A stretch of DNA of 58,026 nt. Origin: an uncultured Thioalkalispiraceae bacterium (GTDB lineage: Bacteria; Pseudomonadota; Gammaproteobacteria; UBA6429; Thiohalophilaceae). The DNA lies in NCBI GenBank assembly GCA_964403805.1, contig CAYOHQ010000001.1:1-58026 (forward strand), given 5' to 3'. Made by a program: the position numbers and the translations under genes. Shown here piece by piece: positions 33,536-45,794 of this stretch. The first letter of the stretch is position 1. Every line of letters begins with the position of its first letter. The notes under the pieces are model-generated. The model made no database searches. It saw only the letters and a list, made by a program, of their open reading frames with translations, and was not told where the DNA came from.

Positions 33536-34063
33536 CTATTTCTTTTTAGCTTCTTTTCGAACGATATGTTCGTCAGAATACTTAACACCTTTACCTTTGT
33601 AAGGTTCTGGTGGTCGATAAGCTCGAATCTCTGCTGCAACTTGACCGACTACTTGCTTATCCATACCTTTAATAACAACTTCAGTTTGACTCGGAGTTTC
33701 GATTGTTATTCCTTCAGGAATTGCATGCTCAACAGGATGCGAAAAACCTAAGGTTAAATTCAGCACTTTACCTTGAGCTTGTGCACGATAACCAACACCA
33801 ACCAACTCCAGTTTACGTTCGAAACCAGTAGTTACGCCAGTTATCATATTGTTAATTAATGAACGTGCCGTACCGGATTGAGCAATTGCAGCTTTACCCG
33901 CTTGTACTGGAGCAAATGACACCACATTATCTTCTTGAGACAATTTAACAAACTCATGGATATTTTGCTCTAGCGTTCCTTTAGAACCTTTTACACTCAC
34001 CTTTTGACCGCTAATGGTTACATCAATGCCTTTTGGTATTGTTAATGGTGTTAGTCTTGCCAT
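33536..34063 (-). CDS. rplF: 50S ribosomal protein L6
   Basis: 175 aa. IPKGIDVTISGQKVSVKGSKGTL. Spc operon order. Confidence 0.96.
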   Translation of the reverse strand: MARLTPLTIPKGIDVTISGQKVSVKGSKGTLEQNIHEFVKLSQEDNVVSFAPVQAGKAAIAQSGTARSLINNMITGVTTGFERKLELVGVGYRAQAQGKVLNLTLGFSHPVEHAIPEGITIETPSQTEVVIKGMDKQVVGQVAAEIRAYRPPEPYKGKGVKYSDEHIVRKEAKKK

Positions 34064-34117
34064 CGCTCTTAATCCTATAAATTTTTAAATATAAAAACTA
34101 TTATAAATAATTCTACT

Positions 34118-34513
34118 TTATTCAACGAAACACAATATTTCGCCGCCACAACCTTCTTTCTTTGCAGCACGGTCGGTCATTAAACCTTTCGATGTGGACA
34201 CAATAGCAATACCTAGACCACCCATTGCATTTGGAATTTCGTCTTTACCTTTGTAAATACGAAGTCCTGGACGACTAACGCGTTTAATCGTATCGATCAC
34301 AGGTTTTCCATCATAATATTTTAATTCAACAACCAGGTCTTTCTTGTTGTTTTCTTTATCTTCGGTTTTGTATCCGAGGATATAACCTTCGTCTTCCAAC
34401 ACTGTTGCAATTGCAACTTTCATTGTAGAAGAAGGCATCGATACAGTTACTTTATTCGCAGATAAACCATTGCGAATTCGGGTTAACATATCTGAAATTG
34501 GATCGGTCATCAT
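34118..34513 (-). CDS. rpsH: 30S ribosomal protein S8
   Basis: [13 protein letters not shown].. Confidence 0.97.
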   Translation of the reverse strand: MMTDPISDMLTRIRNGLSANKVTVSMPSSTMKVAIATVLEDEGYILGYKTEDKENNKKDLVVELKYYDGKPVIDTIKRVSRPGLRIYKGKDEIPNAMGGLGIAIVSTSKGLMTDRAAKKEGCGGEILCFVE

Positions 34514-34533
34514 AATTCTAAATCTCCTAAACT

Positions 34534-34839
34534 CTACCAGCTGGCCTTGCGTAAACCAGGCACATCACCACGCATAGTAGCTTCACGTAATTTGTTACGG
34601 CATAAGCCGAATTTTCTGTAAACAGCATGTGGACGACCCGTAATACGACAACGTCGTTGAACACGTGATGGGCTTGCATTACGTGGTAATTTTTGCAGTT
34701 TTTGTTGTGCTGCCTGACGATCTTCATAACTAAAACTCATATCATGAATAATAGCCTTTAAAGCGGTACGTTTTTCAGCAAACTGTTTAACCAGTTTAAT
34801 GCGTTTCTTTTCACGTTCAATCATGGATCGTTTAGCCAT
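34534..34839 (-). CDS. rpsN: 30S ribosomal protein S14 (long, non-zinc type)
   Basis: [13 protein letters not shown].. ending ..PGLRKASW, 101 aa from the ATG at 34839. The ORF-track N-terminal extension would overlap rplE. Confidence 0.95.
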   Translation of the reverse strand: MAKRSMIEREKKRIKLVKQFAEKRTALKAIIHDMSFSYEDRQAAQQKLQKLPRNASPSRVQRRCRITGRPHAVYRKFGLCRNKLREATMRGDVPGLRKASW

Positions 34840-34840
34840 G

Positions 34841-35395
34841 TTAGTTACCTTTTTTAATTTTCTTAATAGGAAAGTTGAATGCATGTAACAGCGCTCTACC
34901 TTCATCATCTGTTTTAGCGGTTGTTGTAATGGTTATATCCATACCGCGAATCGTATCAATCTTGTCATAATCAATTTCAGGAAATACGATTTGTTCTTTA
35001 ATGCCCATGCTGTAATTACCACGACCATCAAATGATTTACCATTTAATCCACGGAAATCACGAATTCGAGGAATTGCAATAGTTATCAGTCTTTCTAAGA
35101 ACTCAAACATGCGTTCACGACGTAAAGTTACTTTACAACCAATTGGCCAACCATCACGAATCTTAAAACCCGCAATTGATTTTCGCGCATTACGAACTAT
35201 CGGCTTTTGACCTGCAATTTTTTCCATATCAGCAACAGCAAAAGTCATTACTTTTTTATCACTAACAGCAGCACCAACACCCATATTCAGTGTAATTTTA
35301 GTTATTCGAGGAACTTCCATAATACTTTTGTATTTGAACTGATCCTGAAGTTCTTTTACGACTGACTCGTTATAAAAATTTTGTAATGTAGACAT
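34841..35395 (-). CDS. rplE: 50S ribosomal protein L5
   Basis: [26 protein letters not shown]. Confidence 0.97.
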   Translation of the reverse strand: MSTLQNFYNESVVKELQDQFKYKSIMEVPRITKITLNMGVGAAVSDKKVMTFAVADMEKIAGQKPIVRNARKSIAGFKIRDGWPIGCKVTLRRERMFEFLERLITIAIPRIRDFRGLNGKSFDGRGNYSMGIKEQIVFPEIDYDKIDTIRGMDITITTTAKTDDEGRALLHAFNFPIKKIKKGN

Positions 35396-35438
35396 TTACG
35401 TAACCTGATTCTGACTATAATTTAATTTATTAACACTA

Positions 35439-35759
35439 TTAAGCGTCAAGCACTTCATCATTTGATTTAAAATAACGGACTTTTTTGCCATCTTCTAAAA
35501 TTTTAATACCGACTCGATCCGCTTTTCCTGTAGTAGGATTTGCTAACGCAATATTCGACATATTTATCGGCATTTCTTTTTCAATAATTCCACCGGGTGT
35601 TCCATCATTTGGATTGCCACGCTGATGTTTTTTAGCGATATTGATATTCTCAACAATAGCCCGATTTGTTTCACGATTAATGCTAACAACTGATCCGGTT
35701 TTACCCTTATCTTTACCAGTTATTACAATAACATCATCACCTTTTTTAATCTTTTGCAT
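35439..35759 (-). CDS. rplX: 50S ribosomal protein L24
   Basis: MQKIKKGDDVIVITGKDKGKTGSV (KOW motif). Confidence 0.96.
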   Translation of the reverse strand: MQKIKKGDDVIVITGKDKGKTGSVVSINRETNRAIVENINIAKKHQRGNPNDGTPGGIIEKEMPINMSNIALANPTTGKADRVGIKILEDGKKVRYFKSNDEVLDA

Positions 35760-35787
35760 GACTTTTTCCTGACTTATAACAACCGAC

Positions 35788-36156
35788 TTATAATACTTCG
35801 GGTGCTAACGAAATAATTTTCATAAACTTTTCATTACGTAACTCACGAGTTACCGGTCCAAAGATACGAGTACCTATTGGTTGTAGCTGTGCATTTAATA
35901 GCACTGCTGAATTACTATCAAAACGAATAATAGAGCCATCACTACGACGAACACCTTTTTTCGTTCTTACGACAACGGCATTATAAACATCACCTTTTTT
36001 CACTTTACCGCGAGGAATAGCTTCTTTAATGCTAACCTTAATAATATCACCAATACCTGCATAACGGCGCTTTGATCCGCCAATAACTTTAATACACTGA
36101 ACTCGGCGTGCACCACTGTTATCTGCAACAGTTAGGTTTGATTGCATCTGAATCAT
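35788..36156 (-). CDS. rplN: 50S ribosomal protein L14
   Basis: [28 protein letters not shown]. Confidence 0.98.
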   Translation of the reverse strand: MIQMQSNLTVADNSGARRVQCIKVIGGSKRRYAGIGDIIKVSIKEAIPRGKVKKGDVYNAVVVRTKKGVRRSDGSIIRFDSNSAVLLNAQLQPIGTRIFGPVTRELRNEKFMKIISLAPEVL

Positions 36157-36202
36157 ATTTTATTCCAACCTTATATATTTATATCTTCAATTATTTATCA
36201 AA

Positions 36203-36481
36203 TTAAATAATTGTTGCACGCTCATTAATTTTAACTAAACGCCAATTTTTAGATTTGGACAATGGACGACAAGCACTAATAGTAACAAGATCACCTTGTT
36301 TACATTCGTTATCTTCATCATGCGCCATTAACTTGGTTGAACGTTTAATTGTTTTTCCATAACGTGGATGTTTAACGCGACGCTCAATTAACACTGTAAT
36401 TGATTTATCCATCTTGTTACTAACCACACGCCCAGTTTCTGTGCGCAATTCTGTTTTAGCTTCTGTTTTATTATCAACCAT
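36203..36481 (-). CDS. rpsQ: 30S ribosomal protein S17
   Basis: [27 protein letters not shown]. Confidence 0.96.
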   Translation of the reverse strand: MVDNKTEAKTELRTETGRVVSNKMDKSITVLIERRVKHPRYGKTIKRSTKLMAHDEDNECKQGDLVTISACRPLSKSKNWRLVKINERATII

Positions 36482-36675
36482 TATGCATTACTCGCTTTTT
36501 GCTTCAGCACAGTTTTTACTCTAGCAATATTTCGGCGCACATTTTTAAACTGATGTGGCTTGGATAACTGATCTGTACCTTGTTGCATGCGTAAATTAAA
36601 TTGCTCACGTAACAATTCAATCAGCTCTTTATTAAGCTCATCAACTGTTTTATCTCGTAATTCATTTGCTTTCAT
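36481..36675 (-). CDS. rpmC: 50S ribosomal protein L29
   Basis: [18 protein letters not shown]. 1-nt overlaps with both neighbouring genes. Confidence 0.95.
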   Translation of the reverse strand: MKANELRDKTVDELNKELIELLREQFNLRMQQGTDQLSKPHQFKNVRRNIARVKTVLKQKASNA

Positions 36676-37088
36676 TACAATACCGTCCGCGATACAAATG
36701 CTGTTAAAATCGGTAGTTTCGCAGCCGCTAACTGAAAAGCTTCACGCGCTACTTCTTCACTCACACCTTCCATTTCATACAACATACGACCTGGTTGAAC
36801 CTGGGCTACCCAATATTCAACATTACCCTTACCTTTACCTTGTCTAACTTCTAAAGGCTTTTTCGAAATAGGTTTATCCGGAAATAAACGAATCCATATT
36901 TTTCCGCCACGTTTAATATGACGAGTCATGGCACGACGAGCAGCTTCAATCTGACGAGCTGTTACACGACCACGCGTTGTTGCTTTTAAACCATATTCTC
37001 CAAAACTCACTTTACTACCGCGAAATGCCAAACCGCGATTACGGCCTTTCATTTGCTTTCTGAATTTTGTACGCTTTGGCTGCATCAT
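36675..37088 (-). CDS. rplP: 50S ribosomal protein L16
   Basis: [21 protein letters not shown]. Confidence 0.97.
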   Translation of the reverse strand: MMQPKRTKFRKQMKGRNRGLAFRGSKVSFGEYGLKATTRGRVTARQIEAARRAMTRHIKRGGKIWIRLFPDKPISKKPLEVRQGKGKGNVEYWVAQVQPGRMLYEMEGVSEEVAREAFQLAAAKLPILTAFVSRTVL

Positions 37089-37115
37089 AATAATTTACTC
37101 CTACGTAACTCGGTG

Positions 37116-37829
37116 TTATTTAGCCGCAGCTTTTTTAGTTGATGGTTTTCGTGGCTTTGCTGCAGGTTTAGCAGGCGCTTCTTCAGCAACCTCATTCATC
37201 CCAACAACTTCACCTTTAAATATCCACACTTTAACGCCAATAATACCGTATGTTGTTAACGCCTCAGCAACACCATAATCAATATCTGCACGTAATGTAT
37301 GAAGTGGTACGCGACCTTCACGATACCATTCTGAACGTGCTATTTCAGCACCATTCAAACGGCCACCTACATTCACTTTAACGCCTAAGGCACCAAGACG
37401 CATGGAATTGGTAACCGCGCGTTTCATTGCCCGACGAAACATAATTCGACGTTCTAATTGCTGCGCGATGCCTTCAGCAACTAATTGCGCATCCATCTCA
37501 GGTTTACGAACTTCTTCAACATTGATATGAACATTAGGAATGCCCATCATAGCTGAAACTTCTTTACGTAACTTTTCGATGTCTTCGCCTTTTTTACCAA
37601 TCACGATACCCGGTCTGGCAGTATGTATTGTGACACTGGCATTACCGGCTGTGCGTTCTATTTGAATGCGACTGACAGATGCCTGATATAATTTTTTCTT
37701 TAAGTAAGCGCGAACTGTCAGATCTTCATTTAAATAATTTGCATAATCACGTGTTTCTGCAAACCATTTCGATGTCCAGTCTTTAACAATGCCTAATCTA
37801 ATACCAATTGGATGTACTTTTTGACCCAT
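37116..37829 (-). CDS. rpsC: 30S ribosomal protein S3
   Basis: [26 protein letters not shown] domain and a basic Ala/Lys/Pro-rich tail. Confidence 0.97.
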   Translation of the reverse strand: MGQKVHPIGIRLGIVKDWTSKWFAETRDYANYLNEDLTVRAYLKKKLYQASVSRIQIERTAGNASVTIHTARPGIVIGKKGEDIEKLRKEVSAMMGIPNVHINVEEVRKPEMDAQLVAEGIAQQLERRIMFRRAMKRAVTNSMRLGALGVKVNVGGRLNGAEIARSEWYREGRVPLHTLRADIDYGVAEALTTYGIIGVKVWIFKGEVVGMNEVAEEAPAKPAAKPRKPSTKKAAAK

Positions 37830-37847
37830 AACGTGCTCGCTCTTTTC

Positions 37848-38180
37848 CTACTTATCCGCAACAAAAACCGAAATATGGCTTGTTGGTTTTAATATATGAT
37901 TCACTCTACCTTTCGCACGCGCTCTCCAGCGGCGAAGTGTAGGTCCTTGGTCAACAAAGATTTTAGATACTTTTAATTCATCAATATCCACACCTTCATT
38001 GTGTTCAGCATTGGCAATCGCTGATTCTAACACTTTTTTAATAACAGCAGCCGCTTTTTTAGGGCTAAACGTTAATAGTTGCAACGCGCTCTCTACCGAC
38101 TTACCACGAATCTGATCTGCAACCAGACGACATTTTTGTGGTGAAATACGCGTGTAACTTAATTTTGCTAACACTTCCAT
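37848..38180 (-). CDS. rplV: 50S ribosomal protein L22
   Basis: [20 protein letters not shown]. Confidence 0.96.
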   Translation of the reverse strand: MEVLAKLSYTRISPQKCRLVADQIRGKSVESALQLLTFSPKKAAAVIKKVLESAIANAEHNEGVDIDELKVSKIFVDQGPTLRRWRARAKGRVNHILKPTSHISVFVADK

Positions 38181-38192
38181 CTTGATATCCTC

Positions 38193-38465
38193 TTATCGTA
38201 CCTTCTTATCGGCAGTGTGGCCGCGATAAGTTCGAGTAGCCGCAAATTCACCTAATTTATGACCAATCATGTTTTCAGTAATCATTACTGGCACATGTTG
38301 TCGTCCATTGTGAACGGCTATTGTAAAGCCAATCATATCTGGAATAATCATTGAACGACGAGACCAGGTCTTAATTGGTTTTTTACTTTGTGTGGCCTGT
38401 GCTTTTTCGATCTGCTTAAGCAGACTCTGATCGATAAATGGACCTTTTTTAATAGAACGTGGCAC
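38193..38465 (-). CDS. rpsS: 30S ribosomal protein S19
   Basis: [21 protein letters not shown]. Confidence 0.97.
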   Translation of the reverse strand: MPRSIKKGPFIDQSLLKQIEKAQATQSKKPIKTWSRRSMIIPDMIGFTIAVHNGRQHVPVMITENMIGHKLGEFAATRTYRGHTADKKVR

Positions 38466-38484
38466 TTTTCAAATCCCTCAAATG

Positions 38485-39312
38485 TTATTTCTTATTACGA
38501 TGACGTACGATCATTTTATCAGTACGCTTATTCTTACGTGTTTTATAACCCTTGGTTGGAACACCCCAAGGTGTAACAGGATGACGACCACCTGATGTTC
38601 TACCTTCACCACCACCATGTGGGTGATCTACCGGATTCATTGCGACACCACGAACTGTTGGACGAACACCACGCCATCGAGTAGCACCGGCTTTACCTAA
38701 CTTACGTAGATTATGCTCCTGATTACTAACTGCACCGATAGTGGCACGACAATCAGATAATACTTTTCGCATTTCACCTGAACGTAATCGTAATGTTGCG
38801 TAACGACCTTCACGGGCAACTAATTGTGCTGATGTACCGGCACTTCTCGCTATTTGCGCACCTTTACCCGGTTTTAATTCGATACAATGTATAATAGTAC
38901 CAACGGGTATATTTCGAATTGGTAAACTATTACCAGGCTTAATTGCAGCGTGTGCACCAGATTCGATAGCATCACCGGCTTTAACTTTCTGTGGCGCGAT
39001 TATATAACGACGTTCACCATCTTTATACAATAACAATGCAATATTTGCACTTCGATTTGGATCATACTCAAGATGCTCCACAACAGCAGAAACCTCATCT
39101 TTTGTACGCTTAAAATCAATTACACGATAATGTTGTTTATGACCACCACCACGATGACGCGTTGTAATACGTCCCGCATTATTACGACCACCACTCTTGC
39201 TTTTCGCTTCAAGCAATGGCGCAAATGGTTTGCCTTTATGTAAATCAGGTGTTTTAACCTGAACAACATGCCGACGACCGGATGATGTTGGTTTTGCCTT
39301 GACTAATGCCAT
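38485..39312 (-). CDS. rplB: 50S ribosomal protein L2
   Basis: 275 aa. ..[26 protein letters not shown]. Confidence 0.98.
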   Translation of the reverse strand: MALVKAKPTSSGRRHVVQVKTPDLHKGKPFAPLLEAKSKSGGRNNAGRITTRHRGGGHKQHYRVIDFKRTKDEVSAVVEHLEYDPNRSANIALLLYKDGERRYIIAPQKVKAGDAIESGAHAAIKPGNSLPIRNIPVGTIIHCIELKPGKGAQIARSAGTSAQLVAREGRYATLRLRSGEMRKVLSDCRATIGAVSNQEHNLRKLGKAGATRWRGVRPTVRGVAMNPVDHPHGGGEGRTSGGRHPVTPWGVPTKGYKTRKNKRTDKMIVRHRNKK

Positions 39313-39354
39313 GACGCTATTCCTTATTAATCTTATTTCTAATTAGTTTCTATA

Positions 39355-39382
39355 ATACTGATTATCTATTATCAATCAGTAT
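39355..39382 (-). other. Perfect 9-bp stem / 10-nt loop hairpin in the rplW-rplB intercistronic region
   Basis: ATACTGATT-atctattatc-AATCAGTAT, read directly from the sequence. Lies inside an unusually long (86-nt) spacer within the S10 operon. Confidence 0.6.
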
Positions 39383-39398
39383 CGTTTACAATTTAATC

Positions 39399-39695
39399 TT
39401 ACTCAGCACCAGCAAACGTTATATCTTGACCCGCTTTAACACGCACATAGGCTTTTTTCCAATCTTTACGTTTACCCAGCTTGCCCTGTGCCCGCTTTGT
39501 TTTACCGGTAACATTACTGGTTTGAACTGACTCTACATCCACTTCAAACATTAATTTTACAGCTTGCTTAATCTCTGGCTTGGTTGCATCTGTAACAACT
39601 TTAAATACAACCTGATTACTTTGATCAGCTGCATTAGCACTTTTTTCTGATACTAGAGGTCCTAGTAGCACTTTCATTAATCTTTCCTGTTTCAT
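39399..39695 (-). CDS. rplW: 50S ribosomal protein L23
   Basis: [16 protein letters not shown]. Start overlaps the rplD stop by 4 nt. Confidence 0.96.
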   Translation of the reverse strand: MKQERLMKVLLGPLVSEKSANAADQSNQVVFKVVTDATKPEIKQAVKLMFEVDVESVQTSNVTGKTKRAQGKLGKRKDWKKAYVRVKAGQDITFAGAE

Positions 39696-40315
39696 GAAAG
39701 CGACTCCTCTAATTTTTTAATTGCACCGACAGTCATCAATACTTTTTCATTTCGAATTAATGTCACCGGGTCAATATATCCGGCTTCACATAAACCAACA
39801 TTCGGTAAATTGCGAGCTGACTTAAATAATTTATCGTCTACATTTTCAGTAACAATCAAAACGTTTTTTAATAAATTTAATTTACTTAATTTATCAGCCA
39901 ATGCCTTTGTTTTAATTTCATCAACTGAAAAAGAATCTATTACTATCAACCTTTCCTGACGAACTAATTCTGACAAAATCGAACGTAACGCGACACGATA
40001 CATTTTCTTGTTGATTTTTTGCGAGAAATCCAGTGGCCGCGAAGCAAAAGTCTGACCACCACCACGCCATAAAGGACTTCGGATTGTACCTGCTCGTGCT
40101 CGACCTGTCCCTTTCTGACGGAATGGTTTAGCACCACCGCCGCGAACATCTGAACGTGTTTTTTGTGCTCTAGTACCTGAACGACCACCAGCTAAATAAG
40201 CAGTTACTGCTTGATGAACCAAGGCCTCATTAAAATCGCGCGCAAAATTATCATCCGAAACTGATACTGTTTTGGTTGATGCTTTTCCTGTCGCTGTGGT
40301 TAATGCCAATTCCAT
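39692..40315 (-). CDS. rplD: 50S ribosomal protein L4
   Basis: 207 aa. ..[34 protein letters not shown]. Confidence 0.97.
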   Translation of the reverse strand: MELALTTATGKASTKTVSVSDDNFARDFNEALVHQAVTAYLAGGRSGTRAQKTRSDVRGGGAKPFRQKGTGRARAGTIRSPLWRGGGQTFASRPLDFSQKINKKMYRVALRSILSELVRQERLIVIDSFSVDEIKTKALADKLSKLNLLKNVLIVTENVDDKLFKSARNLPNVGLCEAGYIDPVTLIRNEKVLMTVGAIKKLEESLS

Positions 40316-40325
40316 AATCCGAACC

Positions 40326-40970
40326 TTATGATTTTACTTTAACGGCTGGCGTAATTACTACATCGCCACCTTTAGCACCAGGAACAGCGCCTTTTACCAA
40401 GATTAAATTTCTTTCTTCATCCACTCGAACAACTTCAAGCGTCTGCATTGTGCGTTGCTTATCACCCATGTGGCCATTCATTTTCTTACCTTTAAAAACA
40501 CGACCCGGTGTTTGGTTTTGCCCGATAGAACCCGTTGCTCTATGTGACAAAGAGTTACCGTGTGTCGCATCTTGCATAGCAAAATGGTAACGCTTAATAA
40601 CACCTGCAAAACCTTTACCGATGCTTTTGCCCGTCACATCAACTTTTTGCCCAGCTTCAAAAATACCGACTTTGATTTCGCCACCAACAGCCATATCTTC
40701 ACCTTCGCCAGATGCTAATCGAAATTCCCACAAACCACGTCCTGCTTCAACACCCGCCTTTGCAAAATGACCTGCTTTCGGCTTAGATACACGAGATGCT
40801 TTTTTAGAACCAGTCGTTACTTGTACTGCACGATAACCATCATTATTAATGGTTTTCAATTGCGTTACCCGGTTAGGCTCAACTTCAATGACAGTAACCG
40901 GTGTTGATGCACCGTCTTCACTAAATACTCGAGTCATACCTACTTTTTGACCAACGATACCAATAGTCAT
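40326..40970 (-). CDS. rplC: 50S ribosomal protein L3
   Basis: [29 protein letters not shown]. Confidence 0.97.
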   Translation of the reverse strand: MTIGIVGQKVGMTRVFSEDGASTPVTVIEVEPNRVTQLKTINNDGYRAVQVTTGSKKASRVSKPKAGHFAKAGVEAGRGLWEFRLASGEGEDMAVGGEIKVGIFEAGQKVDVTGKSIGKGFAGVIKRYHFAMQDATHGNSLSHRATGSIGQNQTPGRVFKGKKMNGHMGDKQRTMQTLEVVRVDEERNLILVKGAVPGAKGGDVVITPAVKVKS

Positions 40971-40981
40971 AATCTTCTCAC

Positions 40982-41296
40982 TTAATTCAATTTAATCTGA
41001 ACATCGACACCAGCAGCTAAATCCAGTTTCATTAAAGCATCAACTGTTTTATCTGTCGGATTAACAATATCCATCAATCGTTTGTGCGTACGAATTTCGT
41101 ATTGATCTCGCGCATCTTTATTGACATGCGGTGAAATCAAAATTGTATAACGCTCAATTTTTGTTGGTAAAGGAATAGGACCTTTTACCTGAGCGCCAGT
41201 GCGCTTAGCAGTTTCAACAATCTCACGAGCAGATTGATCGATCAATCGATAATCAAATGCTTTAAGACGAATGCGGATATTTTGATTAGTCGCCAT
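40982..41296 (-). CDS. rpsJ: 30S ribosomal protein S10
   Basis: [34 protein letters not shown] at 41296 preferred, with RBS AAGGTTGAG about 10 nt upstream. The ORF-track TTG at 41311 has no spacing for an RBS. Confidence 0.95.
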   Translation of the reverse strand: MATNQNIRIRLKAFDYRLIDQSAREIVETAKRTGAQVKGPIPLPTKIERYTILISPHVNKDARDQYEIRTHKRLMDIVNPTDKTVDALMKLDLAAGVDVQIKLN

Positions 41297-41413
41297 ATTT
41301 TTATTACTCAACCTTTTGTCAAAACTACTTATTAATGTAAAACCTATTAGATTTTACGAATCATATTTTTTAAAACTATCTAACTTAACTGTTTTAAAAC
41401 TTACGTTATTCTA

Positions 41414-42604
41414 CTACTCGATTATTTTAGCAACCACACCAGCGCCAACAGTACGGCCACCTTCACGAATCGCAAATCGTAAACCGTCTTCCATCGCAAT
41501 TGGTGCAATCAACGTTACGGTCATTTGTACGTTATCACCGGGCATCACCATTTCAGTACCTTCGGGTAAATCACAAGCACCCGTTACATCGGTAGTACGA
41601 AAGTAAAACTGGGGACGATAACCATTAAAAAAGGGTGTGTGGCGCCCGCCTTCGTCTTTGCTTAACACATACACTTCGGCTTCGAATTTTGTGTGTGGTT
41701 TAATTGAACCGGGTTTTGCCAATACCTGGCCACGTTCAACTTCTTCACGTTTGGTGCCACGTAATAACACGCCGACGTTGTCGCCTGCCATGCCTTCGTC
41801 TAATAATTTTCGAAACATTTCAACACCGGTACACGTTGTTGTGGCTGTTTCTTTTACGCCAACAATTTCAATTTCGTCTCCAACATGGACTACGCCACGT
41901 TCAATTCGGCCGGTTACGACTGTACCGCGACCGGATATTGAGAATACGTCTTCCACTGGCATTAAGAAGTCACCGTCAACGGCGCGTTCTGGCATCGGGA
42001 AGTAGGTATCCATCGATTCGATTAATTTTTCGATTGAGGGAATTCCGATATCGCTGGTGTCGCCTTCGAGTGCTTTTAGTGCGGAACCGGTGATAATGGG
42101 GGTGTCGTCGCCTGGAAATTCATACAGATCCAATAATTCACGCACTTCCATTTCGACCAATTCTAATAATTCTTCGTCGTCGACCATGTCGGCTTTGTTT
42201 AGGTACACTACGATGTACGGTACGCCAACTTGTCGTGATAATAAGATATGTTCGCGCGTTTGTGGCATGGGGCCATCCGCTGCGGAACACACTAATATCG
42301 CGCCATCCATTTGTGCTGCACCGGTTATCATATTTTTAACGTAATCGGCATGTCCCGGGCAATCCACGTGCGCATAATGGCGGATTTCTGATTCGTATTC
42401 TACATGGGCTGTCGCGATGGTTATGCCGCGCGCACGCTCTTCTGGAGCACTATCTATGTTCGCATAGTCTTTAAATTCACCACCGTGTTTCTCTGCCATC
42501 ACTTTCGTTAACGCCGCTGTCAATGTGGTTTTACCATGATCAACATGCCCGATTGTGCCTACGTTGATATGGGGTTTGGTTCGTTCAAATTTTTCCTTTG
42601 ACAC
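41414..42604 (-). CDS. tuf: Elongation factor Tu (str-operon copy)
   Basis: 396 aa. [22 protein letters not shown]. Confidence 0.99.
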   Translation of the reverse strand: MSKEKFERTKPHINVGTIGHVDHGKTTLTAALTKVMAEKHGGEFKDYANIDSAPEERARGITIATAHVEYESEIRHYAHVDCPGHADYVKNMITGAAQMDGAILVCSAADGPMPQTREHILLSRQVGVPYIVVYLNKADMVDDEELLELVEMEVRELLDLYEFPGDDTPIITGSALKALEGDTSDIGIPSIEKLIESMDTYFPMPERAVDGDFLMPVEDVFSISGRGTVVTGRIERGVVHVGDEIEIVGVKETATTTCTGVEMFRKLLDEGMAGDNVGVLLRGTKREEVERGQVLAKPGSIKPHTKFEAEVYVLSKDEGGRHTPFFNGYRPQFYFRTTDVTGACDLPEGTEMVMPGDNVQMTVTLIAPIAMEDGLRFAIREGGRTVGAGVVAKIIE

Positions 42605-42652
42605 TGTGCTTGCCCTCTTTTATATACTTTTTAATTTAATTAATTATTTCAA

Positions 42653-44752
42653 CTAAGATGCTTTCTTAACGACAGCATCTGCAATACTATTTGGTGCTTC
42701 GTTGTATTTAGCGAATTCCATTGCGTATGTAGCTCGACCTTGTGTTGCTGATCGTAAGTCTGTTGCATAACCAAACATTTCAGCTAACGGAACTTCTGCA
42801 CTAACAACTTTACCACTCGGACTATCTTCCATACCTTGAATCATACCGCGGCGACGATTCAAATCACCAACCACATCACCCATATAATTTTCAGGGGTTA
42901 CCACTTCAACCTTCATGACAGGCTCAAGTAATACTGGACTCGCTTGATTAGCACCGGATTTAAAGCCCATAGAACCGGCTATTTTAAACGCCATTTCCGA
43001 TGAATCCACATCATGATACGAACCATCATAAAGCGTTACTTTAACATCAACTACTGGATATCCGGCAATAACACCATTAGTCATTTGCTCTTGAATACCT
43101 TTATCAACAGCGTTAATAAATTCTTTTGGTACTACACCACCAACAATTTCATTTACAAACTCGTAACCGACACCTGCTTCTTGTGGCTCTAGCTTCAACC
43201 AAACATGACCATATTGTCCACGACCACCTGATTGACGTACAAACTTGCCTTCAGATTCAATTGCCTTACGAATTGTTTCGCGATAAGCAACTTGAGGAGC
43301 ACCAACATTTGCACCCACGTCAAATTCACGCTGTAAACGATCAACAATAATTTCTAAATGTAACTCACCCATACCAGAAATAATTGTTTGGCCGGATTCT
43401 TCATCGGTATGCACACGGAAAGAAGGATCTTCTTGTGCTAACTTACCAAGGCCAATACCCATTTTCTCTTGATCCGGTTTTGTTTTTGGTTCAATCGCAA
43501 CAGAAATAACTGGTTCAGGAAATTCCATGCGTTCTAATGTAATAATGTTATCAAGTGCACATAAAGTATCGCCAGTTGTAACATCTTTTAAACCAATTGC
43601 GGCAGCGATATCGCCAGCCAACACTTCTTTAATTTCTTCTCGAGAGTTAGCATGCATTTGCACAATACGACCAACTCGTTCCTTTTTACTTTTAACGGGG
43701 TTGTAAACAAAATCACCTGAATTCAATACACCAGAATAAACTCGAAAAAAGGTTAATGTACCAACAAATTTATCTGTCGCAATCTTAAAAGCTAATGCTG
43801 CAAATGGTTCAGTATCTGAAGGTGGACGCACGGCTTCAGTTTCATCTTTATCATCCAATATTCCAGTAATTGGCGGAACATCAACAGGTGAAGGCATTAA
43901 TTCAACAACCGCATCCAACATTGCTTGAACGCCTTTATTTTTAAAAGCCGTGCCACATAATGCAGGAACAATCTCATTATTCAAAGTACGAATACGTAAA
44001 CCCTGTTTAATTTCATCATTGGAAAGATCACCTTCTTCAAGGTATTTTTCCATTAACGCTTCATTTCCTTCAGCAGCAGCTTCTATCATTTTTTCACGGT
44101 ATTCATCACACTGCGCTTTCATGTCATCCGGTATATCTTTTTCTTCGTATGTCACACCACGATCTTCGTCATTCCAGAAGATGGCCTTCATTCGAATCAA
44201 ATCGACCAGACCCAGAAAGTTTTCTTCAGCACCAATAGGCAACTGAATAGGAATAGCATTTGAACCTAAACGGTCATTAATTTGATTTACTACTCGCAAG
44301 AAATCTGCACCAGCACGATCCATCTTATTAACAAAGGCCAAACGCGGCACATTATATTTATTAGCCTGACGCCATACTGTTTCAGATTGTGGCTCTACAC
44401 CACCAACCGCACAAAATACTGAACAGGCTCCATCCAATACACGCAATGAACGCTCAACTTCAATTGTGAAATCAACGTGTCCGGGAGTATCAATAATATT
44501 AATTCGATGCTCTTTAAACTGCTGATCCATGCCACTCCAGAAACAAGTAGTAGCAGCAGAAGTAATTGTTATGCCACGCTCTTGTTCCTGCTCCATCCAA
44601 TCCATAGTCGCAGCACCATCATGCACTTCACCAATTTTGTGTGAAATACCGGTGTAAAATAATACTCGCTCTGTAGTTGTCGTCTTACCTGCATCAATGT
44701 GAGCCATGATGCCTATATTACGATAACGTTCGATTGGAGTCTGACGAGCCAC
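42653..44752 (-). CDS. fusA: Elongation factor G
   Basis: 699 aa. [32 protein letters not shown]. Confidence 0.99.
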   Translation of the reverse strand: MARQTPIERYRNIGIMAHIDAGKTTTTERVLFYTGISHKIGEVHDGAATMDWMEQEQERGITITSAATTCFWSGMDQQFKEHRINIIDTPGHVDFTIEVERSLRVLDGACSVFCAVGGVEPQSETVWRQANKYNVPRLAFVNKMDRAGADFLRVVNQINDRLGSNAIPIQLPIGAEENFLGLVDLIRMKAIFWNDEDRGVTYEEKDIPDDMKAQCDEYREKMIEAAAEGNEALMEKYLEEGDLSNDEIKQGLRIRTLNNEIVPALCGTAFKNKGVQAMLDAVVELMPSPVDVPPITGILDDKDETEAVRPPSDTEPFAALAFKIATDKFVGTLTFFRVYSGVLNSGDFVYNPVKSKKERVGRIVQMHANSREEIKEVLAGDIAAAIGLKDVTTGDTLCALDNIITLERMEFPEPVISVAIEPKTKPDQEKMGIGLGKLAQEDPSFRVHTDEESGQTIISGMGELHLEIIVDRLQREFDVGANVGAPQVAYRETIRKAIESEGKFVRQSGGRGQYGHVWLKLEPQEAGVGYEFVNEIVGGVVPKEFINAVDKGIQEQMTNGVIAGYPVVDVKVTLYDGSYHDVDSSEMAFKIAGSMGFKSGANQASPVLLEPVMKVEVVTPENYMGDVVGDLNRRRGMIQGMEDSPSGKVVSAEVPLAEMFGYATDLRSATQGRATYAMEFAKYNEAPNSIADAVVKKAS

Positions 44753-44777
44753 TTTAAAAACCTCTAATTAAACTCAT

Positions 44778-45260
<483 letters not shown>

Positions 45261-45271
45261 CTAAATAACGT

Positions 45272-45646
45272 TTAAGATTTTGGTCGTTTCGTGCCGTATT
45301 TTGAACGACTGTTTTTTCTATCTGCTACACCAGAGGTATCCAATGAGCCACGTACTACATGATATCGAACACCCGGTAAATCTTTTACCCGACCGCCTCG
45401 AATCAGCACTACGGAATGTTCTTGTAAGTTATGACCTTCACCACCAATATAGGAAGTCACTTCAAAGCCGTTAGTTAACCGCACACGAGCTACTTTACGC
45501 ATCGCTGAGTTTGGTTTTTTCGGTGTTGTTGTGTATACACGCGTACACACACCACGACGTTGCGGACATGCTTCTAAAGCAGGAACCGTGCTTTTTTCTA
45601 TTTTGCGTTTACGTGGTTTACGCACTAATTGGTTGATTGTAACCAT
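45272..45646 (-). CDS. rpsL: 30S ribosomal protein S12
   Basis: [28 protein letters not shown]. Confidence 0.98.
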   Translation of the reverse strand: MVTINQLVRKPRKRKIEKSTVPALEACPQRRGVCTRVYTTTPKKPNSAMRKVARVRLTNGFEVTSYIGGEGHNLQEHSVVLIRGGRVKDLPGVRYHVVRGSLDTSGVADRKNSRSKYGTKRPKS

Positions 45647-45671
45647 TTCTTTACTATCTCCAGAAAGTAAA

Positions 45672-45697
45672 CGACAGGTCGGATGACCGACCTGTCG
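45672..45697 (-). promoter_or_regulatory. GC-rich 11-bp stem / 4-nt loop hairpin immediately upstream of the rpsL RBS
   Basis: CGACAGGTCGG-atga-CCGACCTGTCG. On the minus strand it is followed by TTTACTTTCTGGAGA..ATG. It lies downstream of the predicted str promoter. Confidence 0.7.
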
Positions 45698-45707
45698 CGA
45701 GCCCAGA

Positions 45708-45737
45708 ATTGTATTAAATCTAGGAGTTTGCTGTCAA
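45708..45737 (-). promoter_or_regulatory. Predicted sigma70 promoter of the str operon (rpsL-rpsG-fusA-tuf)
   Basis: Minus strand reads TTGACA, 18 nt, TACAAT (-35 at 45737-45732, -10 at 45713-45708), a near-consensus match. Confidence 0.6.
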
Positions 45738-45794
45738 CTATCTAACGAAGATATATGACAGATTTTGCTAATATTCGACTATTTTTTACTAAAT

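Noticed and set aside
34840-34908. N-terminal extensions suggested by the ORF track for rpsN, and likewise for rplU (to 15732), rplJ (to 55361), rpsJ (to 41311) and ispH (to 5139).
   Set aside because: Internal ATG codons reproduce the canonical family N-termini and have better-spaced Shine-Dalgarno sequences. The extensions overlap upstream genes or lack an RBS.
41297-41413. TTGACA hexamer just upstream of rpsJ, considered as an S10-operon promoter.
   Set aside because: It lies only about 20 nt from the start codon, with no suitably spaced -10 or room for a 5' UTR. rpsJ is more likely co-transcribed with tuf, or uses a promoter I cannot identify.
41316-42344. Several 95-129-aa plus-strand ORFs antisense to tuf. 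Similar ORFs lie antisense to rpoC (for example 49051-49506), rpoB, obg (14004-14393), ssb (21068-21520), MFS (22356-22796), uvrA and ileS.
   Set aside because: These are long stop-free antisense frames, typical of highly expressed, codon-biased genes. Their translations are low-complexity, and every one is fully nested in a confidently identified gene.
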